Positions 37,570 through 48,185 of a stretch of 64,000 nt of DNA are shown in pieces; positions within the stretch are counted from its first letter, which is position 1; every line of letters starts with the position of its first letter. The notes under the pieces were generated by a model that was not told where the DNA came from, made no database searches, and saw only the letters and a list, made by a program, of their open reading frames with translations. The position numbers and the translations under genes are program-made. The stretch lies in NCBI GenBank assembly GCA_047495785.1, contig JBLDXI010000074.1, forward strand, positions 992,001-1,056,000. The letters are read 5' to 3'. Source of the stretch: Lepidodermella squamata. Its lineage: Eukaryota; Animalia; Gastrotricha.

Positions 37570-40500
37570 ATGATTAAATTTATACTCCTTGCATTAAGCT
37601 GTCTAGCACTCCCGCTTTATGCTTACCCAGAATATAGGGACTCAATTCCCAACGGGAAAAATGTGGCGAATCCTTGCGATCGAAATATAAAGTGGGCTGT
37701 TTGAAATTGGCGGTCGACCTTGACCGAACCACTTGGAAGTTGATTGTACCGCCAAATGGCGAATGATGATTGGTCGAATCGTTGTATTTAAACCTTCTGT
37801 AAATATTATATGGGGAGGGAAGATTTGAAGAAATAAACTAGAGATCGTGATTAACGTGTTTTATTGTTGCCAGTAGAACTACTAGCCTTGGTCTTCTCGC
37901 CACACTGGTGTCAGAAGTGACCGGAAGAAGAAGTTTCTGTTTCGAACTACAGTGTGTTTAGCGCCTTGAAGGCGTTGGGGGCTCGGGTTGTACCGACGCC
38001 CGGCGTAATATGGTAACAGTTGCCTTGGTTGACATCCTGGCGCAATGGCTCGATTCAGCAGTTGAGGGTTTTGGCCAATGGAATCTGTGCGGAAGGCAAG
38101 CGATCGAAGATAACGAAATCGGCGAAATGGCTGCAACGACAGCGACAGTATGCTGTGAGCCGCGGCCTGGCATGGCGATGGTACGAACGCAACTGGGTGA
38201 GAAGAATGCTCCGATGTTTCCGGTGAAGCTACGGCGAATGAAAAAGGTGAAGCTATCAGCTTTTCGCAAGATTGACTGGCCTGCGAAGGCGCGACGGATG
38301 GCAATGAAGCCGAGCCAAGTGAAGATGCCGCCAGTGAGGAAACCGTTGCTATTTTTCGTCGTCAGTCGACCTCGTCGGAAAAAGAAACGCCGTAATGGTT
38401 CGTCGTGTGTCGAGTGCGGTAGCAGTATGGTATCGAAACGGTTCGAAACGATCGCAAGGTTCACGACTGTGTCTAGCGGCTGATTGGGCCGATCAACCCG
38501 TTGAACTCAAGCGGCAACGTCCTATGTCAGGTAATACATAAAGACTTGCGCTCTGTCCGAATGTGTGCCACCGGCCAAGTGTGATTGAGTAAATTGTTAA
38601 GATTGAAACGTTCATTAATGATTTTCTAACAAGAGGAGGTTTTTTTTTCGATGAATGGCTGAGGAATTGCTTGGCGTAAAAAAAATACGCAATGATTTTT
38701 TATAGACTGGGACGCGTGTGTGAGCATCTAATTTTCTAATTGATGAATGAATGTATAGATAGTCACATCAAGTGAAGTGTTGGTTCTTAAATTATAAATT
38801 GTAATTGTTTATCTCGTTCCGCAAAATTTTCTTTAAAATGGCCGTAACTTCTTCTGTTTGTATCAATATGATGTGTAATTAGCGAATAGCTCTCATTACA
38901 ATTGTAAATAGTCGAGCGAATCGTTCTTTCTCTTGTATATTGTTGTTAAATGAATGAAGCAAATCTGCTCTGCACTATATATCTGCCCATCTCTTCCAAG
39001 CCTTTCAACTGTGAATTTGCCTTGGTGACGCTTTTTTCTGCACTTGCCTCGATATTATAACATTTTCTTTGTGAAATAATGTACCCACGAAAGTACCTGA
39101 AATATGCTCTTCTCAAATCAATGGTCTATTATTCGCTGGAAGTCATACGAAGTAGCGTTATCATTTACGTTAAACAATATTTTTTTTATTTGCCCGCTCG
39201 TTAATATTTACGATTTCAGAATGTCGGTTGGGCGATGAGCCAGGCGGCCCGGTCCGGCTTCGATGGATGTCGCCGAGCCGAGGAAGCTTGGGGGTCGTCT
39301 CTTCTCGACCAGCGGGAACACGAGAAGTTTTTGAAGCCCTTAGCGGCGAATATTACCAATGAATAAACGTTTGCATTTCAGATCATCGAGATCGCTATTT
39401 TTTTGTCTTGACTAGTCTCATCCTAATATTATTTTTCTGAACCCCTCTGTCTTGGTCTTGTCTTACGCTTTCTTTCCTTGTCTTGTCTTGTCTTGTCCTA
39501 TCGAGTGAACCTGAACTGTATATATTGTATGCTGTTTTTTTGGATTTCTTATATCTATATTGTAAACCGAAAGGTGGGAGGAGTGTGGCGAAGCCACCTG
39601 TTTGAAATTGGCGGTCGACCTTGACCGAACCACTTGGAAGTTGATTGTACCGCCAAATGGCGAATGATGATTGGTCGAATCGTTGTATTTAAACCTTCTG
39701 TAAATATTATATGGGGAGGGAAGATTTGAAGAAATAAACTAGAGATCGTGATTAACGTGTTTTATTGTTGCCAGTAGAACTACTAGCCTTGGTCTTCTCG
39801 CCACAATGGTATAGGGTTCATTCAGAAGTTCTGAGTTTGCATGAAATGTTTATCTAATTGCCAGGGGTGGGCCATGAATTAGCCGGAGGGCAAGGCCCTT
39901 TAAACAAATTTGGCCGTGACTTCGTGAAAGCCCGTAAAACCTGGACAGAATGGCTGTGCACACACGACAGTGACGGAGATGGTCGATCAAACGGCGAAGA
40001 ATTAGGTGACGAAAATTGCAGCTGGCAACCAGGCCAGGCGGACCCGGTATCGACCAACCAGATTATCACCCACCCTGGAATCTGCGAACCTGTTGAATCT
40101 GAGAAATGCAAGGCTCTGAACGGCGAATTCATCAAACATGTACCAGGCTGCTCTTTTTCAAACGAGCCATGGTGCCCGGCGATTAACGACTCGAGCCTCA
40201 ACGTCCAGTCAAGAACATTGGTCTTAAATAACTACTCTATACCAGCACAACAGACAACCTATACCTGTCAACAATTCTTGCTACCAGCTGATGTTGATTA
40301 TTCATTAATAGCGGTAAGAAACCCACCATAATGCACCTGTATTTTTGACTTTACTTCTATATTTCAGTATGAAGCTATCATTGATAACCAAGAAATCACC
40401 CATCATATCCTTCTGCATTCCTGCAATTCTGAAGCCGAAGAAGCGAATCTAGGGGATCAGTATCAGGGCCCGGTTGAGTGTGATATGACACCAGCGTGTT

Positions 40501-41915
40501 GGAGCTTGGCAATCGGCTGGGGATTCGGATCCACCCGAGGCCGATGTTACAGCAGTAACGTAGCTGTTGCCATGGGCAAAAGCATGTTTCGCAAAGTTGT
40601 CCTGCAAATCCATTACAACAACCCGCGACTAAAATCAAATCATCGGGATTCATCCGGCTTTCGGCTGTACTTCGCGCCGGCTTCGCTTGTTAAGCGTCCT
40701 GATAGCGCTTCTCGATGTGGGGTTTCGGCCAGGACGAAATTCACCTGCCACCTGGGATGCCCGGAGTCAGCATTCACTCATGGGCGTTTCTCAATAGCTC
40801 ACGATGCAGCATTGAAAGGCTGAAACCGCATTCAAAATATTACATAAGTTACATAAATTTCCACATGCATTTGATGGGATATCACGCCAGACTGGCGATT
40901 CGCAAGGCTAAGACTAAAGCGATGATAACCTTAATTGATGAGGACGTTACTTACGACAGGCCGAAAGCGGTCGAATATTTTGATAAAAACCAATCTCCCG
41001 TGGTAGAACCTGGGGATGATCTTTTCTTAGGTCTGCTCAAATGATTTTTGGTTAACTCAAGGCTCATCTGTAATTTTCAGAGTGTACCTACCGGACGACA
41101 GAATTTAAATCTCATACCTTTATGGGGCCGCATACGAGTGATGACATGTGCATCGCTTTCATCGAGGTCTATCCAAGACCTCAGGAGCTAAACTACTTTC
41201 CCTTGTACAACTATGCCGACGTGAGTCAAAAATACGTGCGAAACTTTGTTTCCTTTTTCCATGATGACACCGCGAAGAATCAAAATTTACCAAAGAAATC
41301 CTAAAAAATTGTTTTCGGTTACAGGAATTTTCTATACCCGCTTAGATTTCACTCGGTGGATCATGATTTTAATTTCCCGTGAATTTTATTGCCGGTTTTC
41401 TTGAATTATGTTTTCTGTTTCCAATAGGTTAGTCCCATTTGCATGGATAACGATGCCTACTCGTGCAATTTGACTTCATTCGCACCAGCTATTGAGCGAG
41501 TCATTGATAATGCAACTGCGTTTGCTTCATTCAACGCCAGTTGTTTCTCGCAGCAAATCAAATCTTCGTGCCGCCCGAATGCGAAAGGTTCGTGATAAAT
41601 TTCACTTTGAGGGTAATGAATTGTATTTCTCCTCATGGCAGTGAGTTGGACAAGCTTGGTTTGAAAAACCATCCATGTATGCTACAACCAGTCTTTCGAT
41701 ACTATGCTCAAAAAATGACGTCGCATCAATCAGAGGCTTACAAGCTGCATTGGGGTGTAGCCCCATGCTTGAAAATCGAACCCACGTCTTCGTATTCGAT
41801 AATTGATTCCAGGTATGTCAAGCCGAAGAGCCGAAAGACTGCTAAAACGAACCAGGGCGTTGCCGTTGGAATCAGTGCATCGCTTATCATCACTTTGATA
41901 TTCATTTCGATATGA
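37570..41915 (+). pseudogene. Temptin-domain / DBH-like copper monooxygenase gene interrupted by an LTR element, with two apparent 1-nt frameshifts
   Basis: YPEYRDSIPNG..V.NPC...GVGH...DSDGDGRSNGEELGD (temptin); THHIL, QIHYNN, FHMH and DDMC copper ligands; frame breaks near 40713 and 41576. Confidence 0.8.
37697..39805 (+). mobile_element. Non-autonomous LTR retroelement
   Basis: LTR 39584-39805 (TGTGGCGA...TCGCCACA); 37697-37904 matches its last 208 bp; PBS TGGTGTCAGAAGTG at 37906 (tRNA-Leu type); polypurine tract at about 39569-39583; no gag/pol motifs seen. Confidence 0.9.
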
Positions 41916-42259
41916 TATTCGTTTTGAGGCTTGGATAATATTGGGCAAGCTCATCCATATAAATATTATAAAATCCAAATAGCAAAAATAAAAACTTTGA
42001 TGGCGGCCAGGTGAAGCCGCAACGGCCCTGTTTGGTGATTTGAAGGTGTACGAGCTTCGGGCTGATAACACAATATAACAATCAGGCAAGTCAGGCTCAG
42101 GAGACGGATCGCATCTCCTGCTTACTAGATGAGGTTGAATGAGGTCCAGAGATGAGGTTGAATGAACACAAACGGCTCAGAAGTTTCTATTTATTTACAA
42201 GTTTGCAACAATTCAACGAAATAATCGAAAGAAAATGTATTATTTAAAGCGGTTAGAGT

Positions 42260-43528
42260 TTAGAGTGATCGCGGGAATCCGTTCGCTTTCATTTTCCGAT
42301 CCCAAGTGAACCAGCCAAAATGCTTCTCAAATGTTTTGCCCATCGAGTTGTCATCGTGACGCCGGTCGTGGAAGGCGAACCAGAACGCTGGCTTGCCTCT
42401 AGTTGCCCCGCCCGTGACCCAGCGCGCCACGGCTTCGTAGTACTGCTTCGCCGTAGCCAGACTAGCCTGAACCCCGCCGTTATGACCCGCGCCGCCTGCA
42501 GTCGGAAAACCGGTTTCGGTGAGCACGATCTTCGACTTATCATAGCGCTGCATCATCTGATTCCACTGGTCTTGGAGGGGCGCGGCTGGGTGTTGGTGGT
42601 TGTAGCGTCCAAAATACGGGTAGATGTTGACTCCGATGATGTCACAGGCAGCAGCTAGACGCTTCGTCTCGCCAGAAATTCTGTTGTCCACCCACTCCGT
42701 TATGCGCTGAACAGTTCCAACTGGAACTCTTCGACCTGAAACAACTCGAAGACATCAAGAAAATGAGCGAAAATTGAAAAGTCTAAACTTCTATCATCGT
42801 GTAATTTCTGCCATTTTTTAAGACATTCAAGCCATACCTGTCCCGCGTTTTACAGCATCTCGAATGCCGTTGATTCGGTTGATTATGTCGTTTGCCGTGA
42901 ACGGTCCATTTGGTTTCAGATTTTCGTTACCGACTAGAATCGCTACAACTGTATTCGGGTACCTCTTAACAGCATCAACAGCCGCCTGAACTTGAGCACC
43001 GTACCAGTTCTCATTCGTCATGAAAACGCCAAGGTATAACTTGACCCCGTATTTCGCCGCAGCTTGGGCAACAGGTACGCCGTGAAAGGCCGAGTAAAAC
43101 GTTCTAACGTACTTGACGTAGCGCGACATCTGCCGAAAATCTTCGTCAATCGCACCGGCTAGATTGCCGAGTTTCCCACCATTCAAAGGATACTCCTTGT
43201 TATGCATTGCGTCGTAATTAGCGCCGAGCAGTTGTACCACTCCTCTGCGTTCGACATTATCGATAATTCCACAGATCGCCTCCGAGTCATCCGATGTTTC
43301 AATCTCCGGAGCCTCGCCTGATTTGAGAGTACAAATGCCATCCGACCATTTGAAATGGGTGCAATCTTCGGTGCTTTCACATTCGTCTGCGCATTCTTCG
43401 CTTGGCAGTTCAGCACTTATTAGATCTTGCTCATCGTCGGAGAACGTGCAGCCTTCGTCGGTTTTTACTTCAATATCCGCAGCAAAAACTGCCAGAAAAA
43501 AGATGGCGATACACACGATTAGTCTCAT
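42260..43528 (-). CDS. Secreted PAN/apple-domain + GH17-like beta-1,3-glucanase (exons 43528-42838, 42735-42260)
   Basis: Signal peptide; EECADECESTEDCTHFKWSDGICTLK (PAN); YVRTFY, LVGNEN (acid/base), VPVGTVQR, GVNIYPYF, LTETGFPT (nucleophile), EKHFG. Confidence 0.88.
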
Positions 43529-44062
43529 TGAAAATTGATGGGTTGAATATTTTGCTTATTAAGCTGAGATGTAGGTTGCTAGCCGTACCAAATGGCGTAA
43601 TACGCATACAGTACCATCTTGATAAAGCTGGGAAACTTTAATCATGAAAGTTTGCGAGAGCTTGCGAGGCTTTTACGATGAGAGGACGAATCAGTATGAA
43701 TGCGCCCATTTTATTGAGTACTTCTCTATCCGGATTGTCCTAAGACTAAAAATGCACACTGGTGCGAAATTTTACGGGACTGAAAAAATGAGCACTCCAG
43801 TATTTCCAACTCGCTCGCTGAAAATGGCTACGAACGTGCGACCAAACCGGATCTTACACATGCATAATTCATTTTCTTATAATCAGTACTTGAAGTTACT
43901 GGGTTACCAATATAAACCTACCTCCAGTTTCAGTCTTTGATCAGTAATACGCCATGCATTGGCTTGCTCGCCGTCTGAACCATGTCTGCTCAGCGCAAAT
44001 AACAAAATAACAAAAAACACTGGGGCCTGTCCGGGAACGGAACCTGGGACCATTCTCTACAG

Positions 44063-44156
44063 GACGCGTTGGCCGAGTTGGCCGGTTAAGGAGATGGATT
44101 GCTAATCTTTGGGTTAGAATTCCTTGCCCGCGAGGGTTCGTATGCCTTCTGCGTCT
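44063..44156 (+). pseudogene. Degenerate tRNA-Ser(GCT)
   Basis: GACGCGTTGGCCGAG..GGTTAAGGAGATGGATTGCTAATC...GGTTCG follows the Ser-GCT layout, but the stems are broken. Confidence 0.55.
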
Positions 44157-44254
44157 TAACAACTTTTGCCTCGGTTAAAGCTGACGCTAGTGTTTTGCGT
44201 TTTCCAATAAGCTTTTGGTAAAAATGGTAAAAACATGTTTTAAAAAAGAAAATG

Positions 44255-44326
44255 CTCCTTGGCAGGGAATCGAACCCTGGTCTCCCGCGTGACAGGCAGA
44301 GATACTAACCAATATACTACCAAGGA
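44255..44326 (-). tRNA. tRNA-Asp(GTC)
   Basis: 72 nt; acceptor stem TCCTTGG/CCAAGGA, anticodon loop CTGTCAC, T-arm CAGGG-TTCGATT-CCCTG; T-run terminator downstream. Confidence 0.9.
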
Positions 44327-45052
44327 TTGCAAATTGGATCAAAAAATCGACACAAAGGTTCCCCTTGGGTCTTTGAATGAGCTCACCGGACGGACCGATG
44401 GAACTTGTAGGGATGATCCCTACCATCCCTAGCGGTACTTCGCTCTCTTCAACTCGTTGACCTTGCGATAAATTTGCCACAAATCCGGTATCCGGTTTCC
44501 TTTTGGCATCCATTATTTGGGCTAACTCTCGAAAACGAGGAGGAAAGGTCACATGTCAAAGCGGATGGAATGATTATTAATATCAATATCGCAAACTAAT
44601 TCCTCACTTATGATTATGTATAAGTTTTAACTATTAGGGAATTAGCGACACCAGATAATATATGGCCGGCCCCACTGATGAAAACAAATTTCCGTATTCT
44701 ATCCTTCATGCAGTTTCTTGAATTCTCTACAACAGATAAAGAATTAATAGTTGAAACTAACACTATTACCTAATTAAATTGCTTGCATCACGTTTTTTCA
44801 CCGGCTTCTTGTGCATACAAGCCGCTAATTTCTTCATAACATTTGAGCGATGTTCGCGTGCGGTTTTTGAAAATTACATCGATGATGCCACGTCGCTTCG
44901 GTCTTTATGTTATCATTCGCCAAGTGCATCGGCATAAAGGACGTGAATGCGCTTCGACAGTTGGCGGAGTTTGACGCTTGAATGCCTATAAAAGCACAAA
45001 CCTGAGCAGCAAATTTCACATAATTCTTTTCGTTTTAAATTTTCGTTCCAAC

Positions 45053-45586
45053 ATGAACAGGATCATCCTTCTCACTCTTGTAGTGGTGAGTTTATCACGC
45101 CTCCATAATATCTTGTCACGATATGTTTTCATTATACAGGCGTTCGCTGCTGTGTTAGCTGTATCGGCAGAGGACAAGAAAACTCCGAAGCCTAGCGGTT
45201 CAGTAGTCAAGGCCCATGGTGCTAACATAAGTGGCCAAAAGAGCAACAACAAGGGCAGCAAGCTTGGCCATGGCGCCGTGCTGGCAGCCAATATTATCAA
45301 TAACAGCAAGAAGAAGCCGAACACCGTCCACATTGGCAGCAAGCCCGCGCCGACTGTGAAGTTCGCTCTACGCGAGGCTGCCTACGAAGAAGAGGCAGCT
45401 CGCGAAGATAAGAAGAAGGACAAAAAGAAGGACAAAAAGGCCGGAAAGAAGGGCGACCATCTCAGCCAGCACAACAAGAAGCCCAACACCATCCACGTTG
45501 GCAGCAAGCCCGCGCCGACTGTAAAGATGGCTCTTCGTGAGTCTGACTCCGAAGAAGCGGCAGCTCGTAGAATAGGCTTAGTATGA
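45053..45586 (+). CDS. Secreted cationic polyprotein precursor C (exons 45053-45085, 45140-45586)
   Basis: Same signal and intron as A and B; spacers REAAYEEEAAR and RESDSEEAAAR. Confidence 0.88.
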   Translation: MNRIILLTLVVVSLSRLHNILSRYVFIIQAFAAVLAVSAEDKKTPKPSGSVVKAHGANISGQKSNNKGSKLGHGAVLAANIINNSKKKPNTVHIGSKPAPTVKFALREAAYEEEAAREDKKKDKKKDKKAGKKGDHLSQHNKKPNTIHVGSKPAPTVKMALRESDSEEAAARRIGLV

Positions 45587-46508
45587 AATGGATACCAAAA
45601 GAATACCGGGCCATTGGAAAGCAAATCAACAATCAACTAGTAGTGTTTTGACGTAGTCTATTTAGCCAGTGAGTTTGGTATGAATCACTTCCTGCGCATT
45701 CTGCAGATTTATATTTGGCTGTGAAGCATTCATTTGCAAAGCCGTTCTTTGGCTTTTGCGGGATATTGTATATTGTGTATTGTTTGCTGTTGTGTGACCG
45801 TAGAATAGTGCTTTCATGAATTTGAAGAGCACCCATATATGGTGGAATTACTCAAATAAATTATTCGGTCGCTTATCTTCGAAAATTTGCCAAATTTCTG
45901 AACGTGAGTAATCTTGAAACCGAATCGGATTATGAGGATGAAGACGGAATAATCGCAGAGCTAAATTGAACTGAATTAGCACGGTCGCCCTTTGCCCTCT
46001 ATCAAACAATTCAGGCTTCGAATTGTTTTGTTATTTATTTACAAGTTTCTGAGCGGCTTCACCTTCCTCAGAAAATATCAAACCAACTACCGCCCTGCTC
46101 ACAGTTACAAGGAAAATACAGAGCAATCGAACAATTCAGCAGGGAAAGTATTTTTCATTAGGAGCGATGAACCCGGCTATATTTTTTATATTATGAGAAC
46201 CTTTCGTAAACTGAGTGCTAAAATGTTTGACATCTGGAGTCTAAAGCCTCAAAGCTAGTCAACATCTCGTCCACTATTTTAAAACTAGCTCTGTGGGCTG
46301 ACCTATTCTTAGCTTTGTCCAAAATCCCGCCATGAACCTATTAACCTTGTGATCGCGTGTCAGATACAGCACGTGTGACCCACAACAATCTGGTGTGACA
46401 GCGTGATTCAACTGTTTTTCGGCTTTAAAACCAACGTTTCTTCGAGGTCCCAATCATCATCCATTTTTCAAACATCTCATACTACAAACATTTTTATACT
46501 TAATCACC

Positions 46509-47036
46509 ATGGATGCTAGATTACTTTGCCTTCTCGTGCTATGCCTTGGTGTCGTGAATTGCCGGCCTAACAAACGAGCTGTTGATGCTGAAGAAGATGC
46601 CGACGAACGCCAAGCCGCCGCCGATGCTGAAAATGCCCTTTTCGACCAGCTGTGGGACTTCGTCGCCGCGCCATCGATGGAGGGTGAAGCTAAGGAGAAC
46701 GACGGCGATTTCAACGACATGGTCGGTGGCAAGGTCTGCGGCGACAACAGCAAGCTGACGTCTCTGTTGACTGGCGAAGATGCTGAAGGTGATGGTGAAG
46801 GCGACGCTGAGGGCGATGCTGATGCCGATGGGGAAGACTCGCGCAAGAAGAGGCCGACTACCAAGCCGAGGCCGAAGTCTTGCAAGCGTCACGGCGACTG
46901 CGCATCCAGGAAGCAAGCTTGCTGCAAGGTGAAGCGCGGCAACAAGTACCAATGCCGCCGGCCTGCCTACGACGTCGAACAGACCGACGACGGCGCTGTT
47001 GTTCGCAAGTTCTGCTTAGGCATCTGCTGGGGCTGA
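46509..47036 (+). CDS. Cys-rich secreted family member 6
   Basis: Signal peptide; KR-acidic-ER pro-segment; LWDF; MVGGKVC; CKRHGDCASRKQACC...CRRP; C-terminal FCLGICW. Confidence 0.9.
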   Translation: MDARLLCLLVLCLGVVNCRPNKRAVDAEEDADERQAAADAENALFDQLWDFVAAPSMEGEAKENDGDFNDMVGGKVCGDNSKLTSLLTGEDAEGDGEGDAEGDADADGEDSRKKRPTTKPRPKSCKRHGDCASRKQACCKVKRGNKYQCRRPAYDVEQTDDGAVVRKFCLGICWG

Positions 47037-48185
47037 AGACACTTTCTTGTTACATTTTCACAATGTTTGTCGAAGCAATAATAAACCGCTGCTGATTTTG
47101 TAACTTTTGTTTTGAATTGAGGGTTTTGACTAACAGTTCATAAGTTCAAACGTTTTTCCATCATAACTTATTGCTGGTTCGAAGTCCATATTTAAAGCTA
47201 TATCATAAGGTTCCTCAAGTCATATGTCGAGACAGATGCCGCGGCATCTTTCTGCGGAAAAAGAGGAAACAATAGCCCAGCATCCAAAATCAGAAAGATT
47301 CCAAGTTTTGAAAACAGTTAATGCACCTGGTTCTTTTGGCACATTATTATTTGATAATTTTTGGACAAATTTTCGAAGTTGCAAGTTGTTCTGTCGAGCG
47401 ATTCCAGAAATCGACCTTATTTCTTTTTATAATTAGCTACCTCATTAACCAGAGAGAACCTTTTCAAAAATGTTAATGTTTATTTTGAAATCACACAAAC
47501 AGGGTGAGAATTTTTCATCCGACGCTATAACATACGAAACCCAAAATATGAGAGAGATAAACATTTATTAAAAATGTGGACTGCCTAATTTAACAATCAG
47601 GTTGCCTGTTGCCTTATGACACAGTGCTTATAAAATATTATTTTTGTTTTTTATGATTGAAATATATATGGATAGAGTCCTTTAAGATCGATTTTGTTAT
47701 ATCGGTCAGCAGCTGCTTGGTTAATTGCCATTCTTTACATAGTTTTGTAGTTTGTTTCGTAATGGTTCCTCGGCTCCTAGACTAAAATGACTAGACATGA
47801 ATTAATCTCGTAGCCAATTTTGCTTCATGACTGGTATAAGAGTAGGTTGTGAAGCAGCTTCCATAACATCCTCTATAATATATCCTCTAGTTACATAGCC
47901 ATTTCATCAGCCAGGCTATGAGTTTATAAATGGGGGTTTTGTTAAATTCTGTAACAATAAATAGATCCCGAGCATAGGACAATAATAAGTGGCTTTTAAT
48001 TACGGCAGCACGATGTTTGAAAAATCATCAAATATTTGATCTGATTAGTTCCAGGTAAAAGTCGATGTTGAAGATGAAGACAGAAACGCCGATTTGCTTC
48101 GCGCATCAAGAAGTGGAGTATAAACTTTACTACGGTGTGCTCAGTTCATAGACGAATGATGACTGAATTACAGCAAGATGATTTA

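Noticed and set aside
37662-37696. TGTGGCGAA as the true start of the 5' LTR
   Set aside because: It lies in the conserved temptin IPNG..V.NPC coding sequence and the following bases do not match the 3' LTR; treated as coincidence, though it could have influenced assembly
40700-41590. Programmed ribosomal frameshifting or a 17-nt intron in the monooxygenase
   Set aside because: No slippery heptamer, and the intron would be far shorter than any other here; mutation or sequencing error is simpler
44020-44055. tRNA-Pro-like 3' fragment on the minus strand
   Set aside because: Too short and degenerate to call
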